Below are positions 9,831 to 19,754 of a stretch of 64,000 nucleotides of DNA, one piece after another. This DNA comes from an uncultured Eubacteriales bacterium (lineage in GTDB: Bacteria; Actinomycetota; Coriobacteriia; Anaerosomatales; PHET01). The notes beneath the pieces were generated by a model. The model worked only from the letters and a program-made list of their open reading frames with translations. It was not told where the DNA came from and did no database searches. The first letter of the stretch is position 1, and each line of letters starts with the position of its first letter. The position numbers and the translations under genes are program-made. The DNA is taken from positions 9,593 to 73,592 of the forward strand of contig CAZBLH010000004.1 of the NCBI GenBank assembly GCA_964492775.1. The letters are read 5' to 3'.

Positions 9831-11489
9831 CTATTCTGCGGACATGATCACCGGGTAGAGCGGCTGCCCTCCCCGATAGGTCTCGAGTTCTACCTCGGGA
9901 AGCTTCTCCCCGATCTTCTCGGCCAGCGCCTCGAGCTGCTCGTCGGAGTACTCGGCGCCGGCGAACAGCGTGACGGTCTCGGCGTCCTCAGCCAGGATCG
10001 TCGCCAGCCTCACTGCGACATCGTCAACCTCGTCGCCAACAACCTCGATCTCGTTGTCGTCGACGATGCCGATCACCTGTCCGGTCAGGATCGGCCCGGC
10101 TGCCGAGTGAGCGTCCTTGATGGCCGTCGTGACCTCGCCGGTGTGCACTTCGGCAGCAGCCAGCGTCATCTTCTCGGCGAGTTCCTCGATGTCGCTCGTG
10201 CCGTCCACGGCAAGCAGTGCCGAGAAGGCCGCCGGTACCGATCTCGTCGGGACAACCGCCGCCGGCTTCGAGGCGTTACTGGCAGCGGCGTTGGCAGCCA
10301 TGATGATGTTCTTGTTGTTCGGAAGCACGATCACCGAATCGGCGTTCGCCTTGCCGATGGCCTTGATGAGGTCCTCAGTCGAGGGGTTCATCGTCTGCCC
10401 GCCGCTAACCACCACATCGACGCCGAGCGACTTCAGTATCTCGGCAAGACCCTCGCCTGCGGCCACCGCAACGAACCCGATGGGCTTGGGGGGCTGCGAC
10501 TTCGCGGCAGATCCGTATCCAGATCCTGCCGCCGACTCCTCGGCTCGCAGCATCTCATCACGATCGTGCGACTGACGGCGCATGTTGTTCACATGCACCT
10601 CGGCGACTTCGCCGAACTGTGTCACATACGACAACACGGCGCCGGGGTCGTTGGTATGGACGTGGACCTTGTACTCGCCTTCGGCACCCACCACCAGCTC
10701 CGACCCGCCGGCCTCAGAGACGTACGCCTCGATAGCGGCACGGTCCACATCGGCACCGAAGAGCAGGAACTCGGTGCAGTACAGGTACTCATCGTCGTCC
10801 CAGTCGTCTACCGGCTCGACGCTCATGAGCGGAGCCTCTGCAGCCTTGATCTCAGCAACATGCACAGACCGGCCGAGCGCCGCCGAGACGAAGCCCTCGA
10901 CCAGGATCGCCAGGCCGAGGCCTCCCGCGTCCACGACGCCGTTCTCCCGGAGTACGGACAGCAGCTCAGGCGTGTGCCGGACGGAATCGAAGGCTGCCTC
11001 GGAAACGCTCTCGAGTGCCTCAGGGAGCGGCATGCTGGCGTCGCGGGCCGCAGTCGCCGCCTCCGCCGTCTGGCGGATGACGGTCAGCATCGTGCCCTCG
11101 ACCGGCTTACGGACTGCCTGGTACGAGACGGTCACTGCGCGTTCAAGCGACGTTGCGAGCAGATCTACGTCGAACGTATCTGCATCAGCGACCGCCTCAC
11201 ACAGACCACGCAGGATCTGGGAGAGGATGACGCCGGAGTTGCCGCGCGCGCCCATGAGCGATCCATGGCTCACCGCCCGGCATAAGTCGGCGATGGAGGC
11301 GTCGGCGCCGAGTGCGGACACCTCTCGCACGACAGTATCCATGGTGAGCGACATGTTGATGCCGGTGTCACCGTCGGGAACCGGGAAGACGTTGAGGCGG
11401 TTTACTTCGTCGATACGCGCCTTGAGCGCTGCAGCTGCCGAGGCGACGAGATCGCGGGCGAGTCGTGTGGAGTCGTATCTAGTCGTCAC
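9831..11489 (-). CDS. fakA: DAK2-domain protein, YloV/FakA-like fatty acid kinase subunit
   Basis: 552 aa with an N-terminal Dak2 motif (NVFPVPDGDTGINM) and a C-terminal YloV-type domain; asp23-yloV-degV-recG synteny. Confidence 0.85.
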   Translation of the reverse strand: MTTRYDSTRLARDLVASAAAALKARIDEVNRLNVFPVPDGDTGINMSLTMDTVVREVSALGADASIADLCRAVSHGSLMGARGNSGVILSQILRGLCEAVADADTFDVDLLATSLERAVTVSYQAVRKPVEGTMLTVIRQTAEAATAARDASMPLPEALESVSEAAFDSVRHTPELLSVLRENGVVDAGGLGLAILVEGFVSAALGRSVHVAEIKAAEAPLMSVEPVDDWDDDEYLYCTEFLLFGADVDRAAIEAYVSEAGGSELVVGAEGEYKVHVHTNDPGAVLSYVTQFGEVAEVHVNNMRRQSHDRDEMLRAEESAAGSGYGSAAKSQPPKPIGFVAVAAGEGLAEILKSLGVDVVVSGGQTMNPSTEDLIKAIGKANADSVIVLPNNKNIIMAANAAASNASKPAAVVPTRSVPAAFSALLAVDGTSDIEELAEKMTLAAAEVHTGEVTTAIKDAHSAAGPILTGQVIGIVDDNEIEVVGDEVDDVAVRLATILAEDAETVTLFAGAEYSDEQLEALAEKIGEKLPEVELETYRGGQPLYPVIMSAE

Positions 11490-11839
11490 TTGGCGCTACG
11501 CACCTTCACTCCCATGACATGGACCTCCACAGAGGCCACAGGGACGTCAGCCACGTCCGTGAGCACGTACCGCACCCGCTCGGCCAGGTTGTGGGACACC
11601 TGGGCCAGCTGCGTGCCGTGTTCGATGATCACGTACAGGTCGACGCTGACACCCTCGTCGCCACTGGAGACCTTCACGCCCTTGCGGAGCTTCTGCGCGG
11701 GCAGCAGCTGAGCGACGCCCTCTCGCAGGGTCGGCGAGGCCATGCCAACGACCCCGTAGCTCTCGAGCGCCGCGTAGCCCGCCAGATCGGCAAGCACGTC
11801 GTTCGCGATGTGTATGGCTCCTTGCGGATGCTGAGGCAT
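11486..11839 (-). CDS. Asp23/Gls24-family envelope stress protein (YloU-like)
   Basis: 117 aa with IANDVLADLAGYAALESYGVVGM; 4-nt overlap with fakA. Confidence 0.85.
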   Translation of the reverse strand: MPQHPQGAIHIANDVLADLAGYAALESYGVVGMASPTLREGVAQLLPAQKLRKGVKVSSGDEGVSVDLYVIIEHGTQLAQVSHNLAERVRYVLTDVADVPVASVEVHVMGVKVRSAK

Positions 11840-11844
11840 AAGCT

Positions 11845-12066
11845 CTACGACTCCTTCTCCGCTGTGGCTGCGGTTTCAGCCTCACGGTTCAGATCTGCGA
11901 TCAACTCATCGAGCGCAACGCCATGCGCTCCGGCTACCGCCGAGAGCGACTCCATGGATGCCGCAAAACACACGCCACAACCGAGATCGTAGCGTTCGAA
12001 CACCTCGGCAGCACCCGGACACTTGGTCAGGACGTCACTGATGAGCATGTCGGGCGTGACCTGCAC
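11845..12066 (-). CDS. DUF1858-like small redox-disulfide domain protein
   Basis: ISDVLTKCPGAAEVFERYDLGCGVCFAASMESL matches my recollection of the hybrid-cluster-associated DUF1858 pattern. GTG at 12066 is preceded by GGAGG. Confidence 0.55.
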   Translation of the reverse strand: MQVTPDMLISDVLTKCPGAAEVFERYDLGCGVCFAASMESLSAVAGAHGVALDELIADLNREAETAATAEKES

Positions 12067-12327
12067 GGGATCCTCCAAGTATCGGCGCCTCTGATGCACG
12101 CGCCTCGTGCATAATCCGCCGGCGAGCTCGCGCTCCCTGCCCGGCGCCCACGCGCGAAGCATTGTCTGTGGCATCCGATAGAGTATAACCAATGCAGGGT
12201 TTGTGACGTCGAACGCGCCGCTTGTAGCGGGCGCACGTAGTGTGTTAGGATTTCACGCGCTTTGTGCTTGAAACGTCAGGCGGTTCCAGTGATGAGGCCG
12301 CTGCTAGTCTGAGGAGACGCGAGAGAT

Positions 12328-12519
12328 ATGTCGAAGGTCTGCGCAATCTGCGGGAAGAAGCCTGCGGCGGGTCGTAACGTGAGCCACTCGCATCGCGTGA
12401 CCCCCCGTACTTTCCGTCCCAACATCCAGAAGGTCACCATCGTTCTGGACGGCCACGTGAAGCGCGCGAACGTCTGCACCAAGTGCATGAAGAAGGAAGG
12501 CAAGATCACGCGCGCGTAA
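12328..12519 (+). CDS. rpmB: 50S ribosomal protein L28 (Cys-containing form)
   Basis: [32 protein letters not shown]...; GAGGAG RBS upstream. Confidence 0.95.
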   Translation: MSKVCAICGKKPAAGRNVSHSHRVTPRTFRPNIQKVTIVLDGHVKRANVCTKCMKKEGKITRA

Positions 12520-12547
12520 CCGGCTGAGCCGATAGCTGAGTCACCGA

Positions 12548-12580
12548 AACGGTCGCCGATACGGCGGCCGTTCTCATTTG
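12548..12580 (+). terminator. intrinsic terminator after rpmB
   Basis: 11-bp stem AACGGUCGCCG / CGGCGGCCGUU with loop AUA, followed by CUCAUUUG. Confidence 0.6.
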
Positions 12581-12616
12581 CCGAGAAGACTGCCGAGAAA
12601 CCCGGCGCGCTCCGCC

Positions 12617-14365
12617 CTAGACGGCCACTGCCTCCGCGGCCTCGGCCATCTCGATGAAGGCGCGCGCAACCCGCGGGTCGAACTGTGCGCCTGCCTCACG
12701 CGCGATCTCCTCGAGCGCCTCGCGCGGCGACATCGCCGTCCGGTACGCGCGTGGCGAGGTCATCGCGACGTAGGAGTCAACCACAGCGAGGATACGCGAG
12801 CCGAGCGGGATCTCGTCTCCCGCAAGCCCCAGCACATACCCACTCCCGTCCCAGCGCTCGTGGTGGTGGAAGATGATCGGAACCGCGGCAACCAGCGCCG
12901 GCACCTGCGCGAGCGCGTCGGCGGCGATCCGCGGGTGCATCTTCACGAGGCCTTGCTCAACAGTCGTCAGAGGATGCGTACCCGCCGCCGACAACACGCC
13001 GGCCGCTGGCATCCCGATGTCGTGAAGCAGCGCAGCCATCGTGACCGCCTGTCGCTCCTCGTCAGGAAGGCCAAGCCGCTCGGCAAGCTGGCCGACGAGC
13101 TCGTGAGCGCGGTCGACCGAGCCGAGCGAGTACGGGTCCTTCGCCTCGATTGCGACTGCGAGCGCACGCACCGTCTCCAAGTAGCGATCGCCGGACTCCG
13201 AGATATCACGCGCATTGCGCAGGGCCGCCGCGGTCACCTTGCCGAGGACTTCGAGCGCCTCGATAACGCGTGCCGAACGCCGCGCCGTGAACTCGCGGCT
13301 GCCCACGTTGAGCACGCCGACTACACCGGCATCATCGGAGACCGGTACCGTAATCGCGGAAATCACGCCATGACGACGGGCCTGCGGACCCCGGCCATTG
13401 AGGTCCTCGATCACGAGCGACCGGCCGGTCGCCTGCACGACGCCAGCGATACCCTCGCCCTGCCGGACGACGGTGTCGCGGACGACAGCCTCCGGGAGCC
13501 CCCTTGCGGCACGGATGCGCATCGCGCCATCAGGCGCAACCAGCATCACGCTGCCCGTTTGAGCGCGCGACACCTCCATCGCCTTGTCCAGCGCGGCATA
13601 GAGTATCGTCTGAGGGTCGCACAGGTGGACGATCTCAGCGGCTGCCCTAAGCATCGCCTCGGCCGCGGCATACTCGCTCTCCAGCACGTCAACTGCAAGA
13701 GCTGCAGATATCGACGCCTCGAGCCGAGCGGCAATCTCATCGAGAGCCAAACGGTCGGGGTTTTCGGTGCCTAGGTCAACGGCGACCGCGCCGAGAGTGT
13801 CGCCGGCACTTACCGGCACCGCGTACCGAGAGGAGCCGAGCTTCCCTCCGGGAATCTCGTCATAAGCCCCCATCACCGGAGCGCCAGACTCGACGGCCTG
13901 ACCCAGCGCGCCGGATGCCGAGGCGACCGGGTGCAGTGTAGTGGCGTTGTCTCCCACCGAGGACACGGGCCGCAGGGTGTCAGTAGCCTCATCCAGCAGC
14001 CAGAGATGTGCCGATAGAACCGGGGCGACGGAGCGCGCCGCCTCGGCGAAGGCCTCAAGCACCGCCTGAGTGCCGAGTTCGGTGGAGCGTACTTCGCCAT
14101 CGCCATGCTTGGTGGCTGACGAACTTGGGGTGGGCTCGGTTGACTTGCTGCTTGATGGCGCCGCTATCGGCGGTGACATACTCGGACGGGCCGACCGAGA
14201 CGCTTCACGCTTGTCGGCGATTGCGCGGCGGACGAGCGCGACTACCACACCGGCAAGCGCGCCTGCCACAGCTCCAGCACCGATGACAAGTGCCAGCCGG
14301 TTGTCGGAGCTGTTGGCCGCAAGGCCAACAGCAGCAAGGGATGACGTCAGCGCTATCAGTTGCAC
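12617..14365 (-). CDS. membrane-anchored GAF-domain HD-GYP phosphohydrolase (probable c-di-GMP phosphodiesterase)
   Basis: C-terminal HD-GYP signature (LLHDIGM ... HHERWDGSGY), GAF-like central repeats and an N-terminal TM stretch. Start set at GTG 14365 (AGGAG 7 nt upstream), because the longer ORF overlaps thiN. Confidence 0.8.
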   Translation of the reverse strand: MQLIALTSSLAAVGLAANSSDNRLALVIGAGAVAGALAGVVVALVRRAIADKREASRSARPSMSPPIAAPSSSKSTEPTPSSSATKHGDGEVRSTELGTQAVLEAFAEAARSVAPVLSAHLWLLDEATDTLRPVSSVGDNATTLHPVASASGALGQAVESGAPVMGAYDEIPGGKLGSSRYAVPVSAGDTLGAVAVDLGTENPDRLALDEIAARLEASISAALAVDVLESEYAAAEAMLRAAAEIVHLCDPQTILYAALDKAMEVSRAQTGSVMLVAPDGAMRIRAARGLPEAVVRDTVVRQGEGIAGVVQATGRSLVIEDLNGRGPQARRHGVISAITVPVSDDAGVVGVLNVGSREFTARRSARVIEALEVLGKVTAAALRNARDISESGDRYLETVRALAVAIEAKDPYSLGSVDRAHELVGQLAERLGLPDEERQAVTMAALLHDIGMPAAGVLSAAGTHPLTTVEQGLVKMHPRIAADALAQVPALVAAVPIIFHHHERWDGSGYVLGLAGDEIPLGSRILAVVDSYVAMTSPRAYRTAMSPREALEEIAREAGAQFDPRVARAFIEMAEAAEAVAV

Positions 14366-14438
14366 TCGAACACTCCTGTCATCCGCGAAACGCGAACGCC
14401 GAATCGTCGACGAGGAACGTGCTCGATACCTGCTGCTG

Positions 14439-15131
14439 CTACCGATCCTTCTCGGTGGTTCTACGTATGTATCCAGCAGGATTATACTCCCCCACCGCGG
14501 GCGAGAGTACAAGCACCGTACCCTCGTGTACTTCTACTCGTGCCTGCGAGGCGGTGATGATGTTGCTCGTTCCCAGCGAAGACATCGGCTGCAGCTCATG
14601 CCGAACTAGCGGCCACCTGACACCAGAGACGCTCACGATGGCCTGAGCCGGCAGCGCGAGCAGTGATACCGTCGATCCGGCACCCGTGAGCTCGAGGCTC
14701 TCGCCGCTGAACACTACCCAACCCGCGAGACCTGGCTCGCGCAGTGAGACGGCGAACTCAGCAGCCGCCCGCGAGAGGCTGCCCATCGCGACGATGGTGT
14801 GGTCCGCGCGCGATCCCACAACGCCGGTGAGCGTCACTTCTCCGACGCCGAGACGCGCAGCCTCATCGAGCGCCAGGTCGAGGTCGGTCACGTCCTTGTC
14901 GGCGGGGAATCCGACGAGCCGGGCGCCCGCGGCCTCGACCGTCCTGAGATCCGCCTCGGTCGCCGAATCGAAGTCGCCGATGACCACGTCGGGCGCGATG
15001 GCGGCCTCGATGCAAGCGCGAACGCCCCCATCGATCGCGATCACGTACTCGTGCTCGGGCCCGAGCGAGGCAACCAGCTGGGCGACGCCTGGCACCGGCG
15101 CGGCGCCGATCAGGAGCGCTCGCCCTCTCAT
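14439..15131 (-). CDS. thiN: thiamine pyrophosphokinase
   Basis: 230 aa with VIAIDGG...VIGDFDS...FPADKDVTDLDLAL, as in TPK catalytic domains; 4-nt overlap with thiT. Confidence 0.75.
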   Translation of the reverse strand: MRGRALLIGAAPVPGVAQLVASLGPEHEYVIAIDGGVRACIEAAIAPDVVIGDFDSATEADLRTVEAAGARLVGFPADKDVTDLDLALDEAARLGVGEVTLTGVVGSRADHTIVAMGSLSRAAAEFAVSLREPGLAGWVVFSGESLELTGAGSTVSLLALPAQAIVSVSGVRWPLVRHELQPMSSLGTSNIITASQARVEVHEGTVLVLSPAVGEYNPAGYIRRTTEKDR

Positions 15132-15712
15132 CCGCGACGCCCCTCAATGCCAACAGGGACCGCCCGCTCCAGCGCCGGCACCAGGACAGCCGCTGCCGCC
15201 GCGCACGCCACAGCCGACGGCCCCAGGTAGCTTATGTTATAGATCGCCGAGTACAGCCAGACAGGCTGCCCCGCTGGAGCAGCATCCGCGAAGAAGATCA
15301 CGCCCGAGATCAGGTGACTCGCGAAGCGTCCTGCGCCTCCGACAACAGACCAGACAGCCGAGAGCGCCGCCGCGCGCCCCTGCTCGCCCCGACTAAGCGC
15401 TGAGGCGACCAGCGGTCGGCCGAGTCCTGTAATTCCGCACAGCGCAAACGCGAGCGGGTAATCGAAGAGCAGTTGGGCGGGGTGCACGATGTAGGGGTCG
15501 AACAGTAGATCGCCGAAGCCCCACAGCGCACCAGTGACAAATCCGGGAACCAGACCACGGCGAAGCGCGATGATGAAGATCGGCAACATGTCGAGTGCGA
15601 TTCGCCCACCCGCGATGTTCCAAGGCAGGCGTACGCCGATGTAGTTCAGTACTGCCGCCAACGCGACCGCAAGCGCAATCTCGACGATGACTTGGATTCG
15701 TTCGTTTCGCAT
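15128..15712 (-). CDS. thiT: ECF-type thiamine transporter S component ThiT
   Basis: Polytopic membrane protein (MRNERIQVIVEIALAVALA...), preceded by a TPP riboswitch. Internal ATG of ORF 15128..15868. Confidence 0.75.
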   Translation of the reverse strand: MRNERIQVIVEIALAVALAAVLNYIGVRLPWNIAGGRIALDMLPIFIIALRRGLVPGFVTGALWGFGDLLFDPYIVHPAQLLFDYPLAFALCGITGLGRPLVASALSRGEQGRAAALSAVWSVVGGAGRFASHLISGVIFFADAAPAGQPVWLYSAIYNISYLGPSAVACAAAAAVLVPALERAVPVGIEGRRG

Positions 15713-15744
15713 GCGTCCCCCATTCCCTGTTCGTTGGCGTGCGG

Positions 15745-15860
15745 GAAGGGACTGCGTGGTAATCAGCCGTAGTGCTGGCCCCGCATTACCGGGACCGTCC
15801 CTCGGTCGCGACGTCACTCCGTCGCCTCTCAGCCACCTTCGCGGCTCCCGACACGGTCTT
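15745..15860 (-). promoter_or_regulatory. TPP (THI-box) riboswitch
   Basis: The minus-strand RNA reads ...CGGGAGCCGCGAAGGUGGCUGAGAGG...GACC...GGUCCCGGUAAUGCGGGGCC.... It has the CUGAGA and UAAUGC core strings in the correct order upstream of thiT. Confidence 0.6.
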
Positions 15861-15902
15861 GCTGGCAATCAGAGTCGCACGGTACAGGCGACCGCGCAAC
15901 CG

Positions 15903-16916
15903 CTACTCCATCGCGCGCAGATGGGGGTACGGGTTCACAGCACCGCCTCCGCCTGGATGGATCTCGAAGTGCAGGTGCGGCGCATTGGCTGACGCGTTGC
16001 CGGTCGAGCCGACGTAGCCGATGACCTGCCCGGCGCTCACTCGACCGCTTCGCACAGCCCACGAGCTGAGGTGCGCATAGTAGTAGCTCACTCCGTTGTC
16101 GCCCCGTAACCAGATGACTCTACCGCCGAGGCCACCCGTCTTCGAACTCACTGTCCCGCTCGTCACAGCCACGCAGGGCGTGCCGTGAGGTGACATGATG
16201 TCCGTGCCTTGGTGACGACGCCGACCACCGGAGCGCGACGCTCCCCAAGTGTTGGAGTAGTAGTAGGAACCTCGGACCGGAAAGACGAGTCCGTTGGAGC
16301 CCGCGACTGCCCGATAGCTAGTGGACGAGACTCCGCGCTCCTTCGCCCTGGCGGCAGCGAGCCGACTCTTGACCTGATCGAACTCGGCTTGGACGCCTTT
16401 CAGCTCCTTCTGGAGCTTGTCGCGCTGTGCCCGCAACTCCTTCGTCCTCTGTGCGCGCTTCTTCTGCTCGGCGCTCAACCGCTTCTGGTCCTCAAGAAGA
16501 TCGCGACGCAAGGACTTCACTTCGGCGACGACCTCCGCATCAGCGTCACCGATGCGCGCGAGATAGTCCGCACGAGTCACAAGCTCTTCAAACGAGCCCG
16601 AGCCTACGAGGAAGCTGATCACGTCGAGGTTCTGCCGGCGGTAGATGCCACTGACCCGGCCGCCCAGTCGGTTCTGGGCCTCAACGAGCTTGGTCTCAGT
16701 CTCGGCGATGTCCTTCTCGGTACGCTCGAGTGCGACCTCGGTCTCGTCGAGCTCCCAGTACGCCTTCTCGTATGCCGCTCCGGCGCGCTGGGTCTTCTTC
16801 TTGACGGCTTCAAGCTCCTTCTTGAGCTCCGCCACGGTCGCTGCACCGGCACTTGCCGGAAACGCAATACACAGCACTAGAGCTGCGATCGCGATGCGCG
16901 AGATGGCCTGCCTCAT
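15903..16916 (-). CDS. secreted coiled-coil M23 (LytM-type) peptidoglycan metalloendopeptidase
   Basis: Signal peptide, a long coiled coil, and a C-terminal M23 domain with intact HxxxD (HQGTD) and HxH (HLHFE) motifs. Confidence 0.85.
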   Translation of the reverse strand: MRQAISRIAIAALVLCIAFPASAGAATVAELKKELEAVKKKTQRAGAAYEKAYWELDETEVALERTEKDIAETETKLVEAQNRLGGRVSGIYRRQNLDVISFLVGSGSFEELVTRADYLARIGDADAEVVAEVKSLRRDLLEDQKRLSAEQKKRAQRTKELRAQRDKLQKELKGVQAEFDQVKSRLAAARAKERGVSSTSYRAVAGSNGLVFPVRGSYYYSNTWGASRSGGRRRHQGTDIMSPHGTPCVAVTSGTVSSKTGGLGGRVIWLRGDNGVSYYYAHLSSWAVRSGRVSAGQVIGYVGSTGNASANAPHLHFEIHPGGGGAVNPYPHLRAME

Positions 16917-18280
16917 GGCTGCTGCCTCTCCCCGAACGCCTCCCCCAGCGCAGTATATATCGCTTGCGCAACACGGTCTGCCCAGCGGGGATCACCGAAC
17001 GCGGCGACATCGCTCTGAGACGTCAGGACGCCCAAGCCGATACGGACGGAGGGGTATGTCGTCCCCGACAGGACGGGGTCAGTGACGCTGCTCGACTCGA
17101 TTGACGGAGGCACCGAGGAAGACAGTTGGTTCGCGACAACCGATGACAGGCTCGGCCGAGGCGCACCGGTGTTCGCGACCAGACTGACGGTCCGGCCTTC
17201 CTGACCCGTCGCGGCAACCGACAAGCCGATGCCCGCCACTGCGTTGATAGCGCGTGCATTCTGCGCACGCTCGGCATCTGGAGTACTCGTGACAAGCCCC
17301 GATCTCAACACGTGGACGGTCGCGCCGGACGCCTCAAGCAACGAGCGCAGACGCCTGGACACCTCCATGGACGTATCAGACGTCGCACCGGCGGGCGACA
17401 GCGCCGGGTCGATGACGAACGTCAGCCCCTGCAAGTTGAACGGGCGAAGGGTCGCAGATCCGGAGATGGGAGCTGCTACCTGGACGTGGATAACGTCGCC
17501 CGTGCGCACGATCGAGCCCGGCGACGGGATGGTCGCCAGCACCGTGTCGCTGGCGTCCTCGGACGCGATGTACTCGACTTCGATCACAAGGCCGCGGGCT
17601 TCAAGGATTCCCCGTGCGAGCGATAGCCCATCGCCGATAACGTCGGGCATGACCATCTCTTCCGTGCCTGCTGACACAACAAGCTCAACGACCTCGCCGC
17701 GGGACGTCTCTACGCCCGCGCCGGGAAGTTGCTCAAGCACGCGTCCGATCGGCTCGGTACTGAACCGGTTCTCGACGACTCTTGACGTGAGTCCGGCGTG
17801 GGCGATGGTGGCCTGGGCCTCGCCCACCGAACGGCCCACAACATTTGGAACCACGGTACGCGACTCGGCATTGACCATGTACAGCGCGATGCCACCTACC
17901 ACCAGAGCGGCGAGCAGCAACGCACCAAGGACCCACCAGACGCGGGAGACGAGCGGCTCGCGCGCGGGACGCTCACGATCCAGAGCAGGAACCAGTTGTG
18001 ATTCGATCTCATCAGCGGGAGCGGTCTCGCCCTCGGCGTCCGCTTCACCACCGGCGTCAGCGCCGGAGGCGGAATCCTCGGCGTCGTCGCCAACTGTTAT
18101 GGCAGGCTCGGTGCGCGGCAGCAGCTCTTCGGGGGTCTCCATCGACGCGAAATCGAGCTGCTCGGGGGCACGCTCGGCGGAGTCCCCAGGAGCAGCATCC
18201 GATGCGGCATCGCCGGGAACCGCTTCCGGCTCGTCCGGGTGCTCGCGCGGCTCTTCAGTGTATGTGTTCTCTTCATCCAT
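16913..18280 (-). CDS. membrane protein with two PASTA domains and a C-terminal Amidase_3-like domain lacking the metal-binding His residues
   Basis: Acidic cytoplasmic N-terminus, one TM, two PASTA-like units (VPNVVGRSVGEAQATI..., MPDVIGDGLSLARGIL...), then VIDPALSPAG...GLSVAA where amidases carry DPGHGG...SIHxNA. Confidence 0.7.
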   Translation of the reverse strand: MDEENTYTEEPREHPDEPEAVPGDAASDAAPGDSAERAPEQLDFASMETPEELLPRTEPAITVGDDAEDSASGADAGGEADAEGETAPADEIESQLVPALDRERPAREPLVSRVWWVLGALLLAALVVGGIALYMVNAESRTVVPNVVGRSVGEAQATIAHAGLTSRVVENRFSTEPIGRVLEQLPGAGVETSRGEVVELVVSAGTEEMVMPDVIGDGLSLARGILEARGLVIEVEYIASEDASDTVLATIPSPGSIVRTGDVIHVQVAAPISGSATLRPFNLQGLTFVIDPALSPAGATSDTSMEVSRRLRSLLEASGATVHVLRSGLVTSTPDAERAQNARAINAVAGIGLSVAATGQEGRTVSLVANTGAPRPSLSSVVANQLSSSVPPSIESSSVTDPVLSGTTYPSVRIGLGVLTSQSDVAAFGDPRWADRVAQAIYTALGEAFGERQQP

Positions 18281-18386
18281 AGCGTATCAGTTTAGCCTGA
18301 ACGCAATTCTTGCGCCGAATGCGCACTGGCAGGTATTCTGCTTCATTCATGGCAGACCAACAGACGGATCGAGAGGAGCGGTAGCT

Positions 18387-18671
18387 GTGCCGACGTACGA
18401 CTTTCGCTGCACTGAGTGCGACACGACGTTCGAGGTGGTCAGGCCGATGAACTCGACCGCCGACGTCCTCTGTCCCGGCTGTGAAGCGCCGGCCGTGCGA
18501 GTGTTCACTCCGGTAGGCATCGCCTTCAAAGGCTCCGGGTTCCACAACACCGACTACAGAGACTCCAAGCAGCGCACGGGAGCGCCCCCTGCGCCGGCCG
18601 AGTCATGCCCGACATGTCCGGCGGCCGCTTCATCTGGCGGCACCTGTCCGGCAGCGGCAAGCACCGAGTAA
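18387..18671 (+). CDS. FmdB-family putative regulatory zinc-ribbon protein
   Basis: VPTYDFRCTECDTTFEV...CPGCEAP; GTG at 18387 with GAGAGGAG upstream. It is the only credible part of the long ORF 17229..18671. Confidence 0.8.
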   Translation: MPTYDFRCTECDTTFEVVRPMNSTADVLCPGCEAPAVRVFTPVGIAFKGSGFHNTDYRDSKQRTGAPPAPAESCPTCPAAASSGGTCPAAASTE

Positions 18672-18673
18672 CC

Positions 18674-18710
18674 CGAAGGCCCCGCAGATCGCGGGGCCTT
18701 CGCATTTCTT
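18674..18710. terminator. bidirectional intrinsic terminator between fmdB and glpX
   Basis: CGAAGGCCCCGC-AGAU-GCGGGGCCUUCG stem followed by CAUUUCUU on the plus strand. Confidence 0.7.
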
Positions 18711-18773
18711 CGGCGGTCTGACGCAGGCGGGGCAGGACCGCGGGTTTCTCACTCGGTGGCGCGCTGGGCGGAC

Positions 18774-19739
<966 letters not shown>

Positions 19740-19754
19740 TAGACCCCTCCCTCG

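Noticed and set aside
9540-11285. 581-aa plus-strand ORF antisense to the DAK2/FakA gene
   Set aside because: It lies exactly opposite a strongly recognisable gene. The translation is an R/G/H/L-rich low-information sequence, typical of stop-poor antisense frames in high-GC DNA. It has no RBS or motif support.
17229-18386. The N-terminal 385 codons of the 480-aa ORF 17229..18671
   Set aside because: This part is antisense to the PASTA protein gene and is Ser/Ala/Thr/Pro-rich. Only the last 94 codons (from GTG 18387, with an RBS) match the FmdB zinc-ribbon family.
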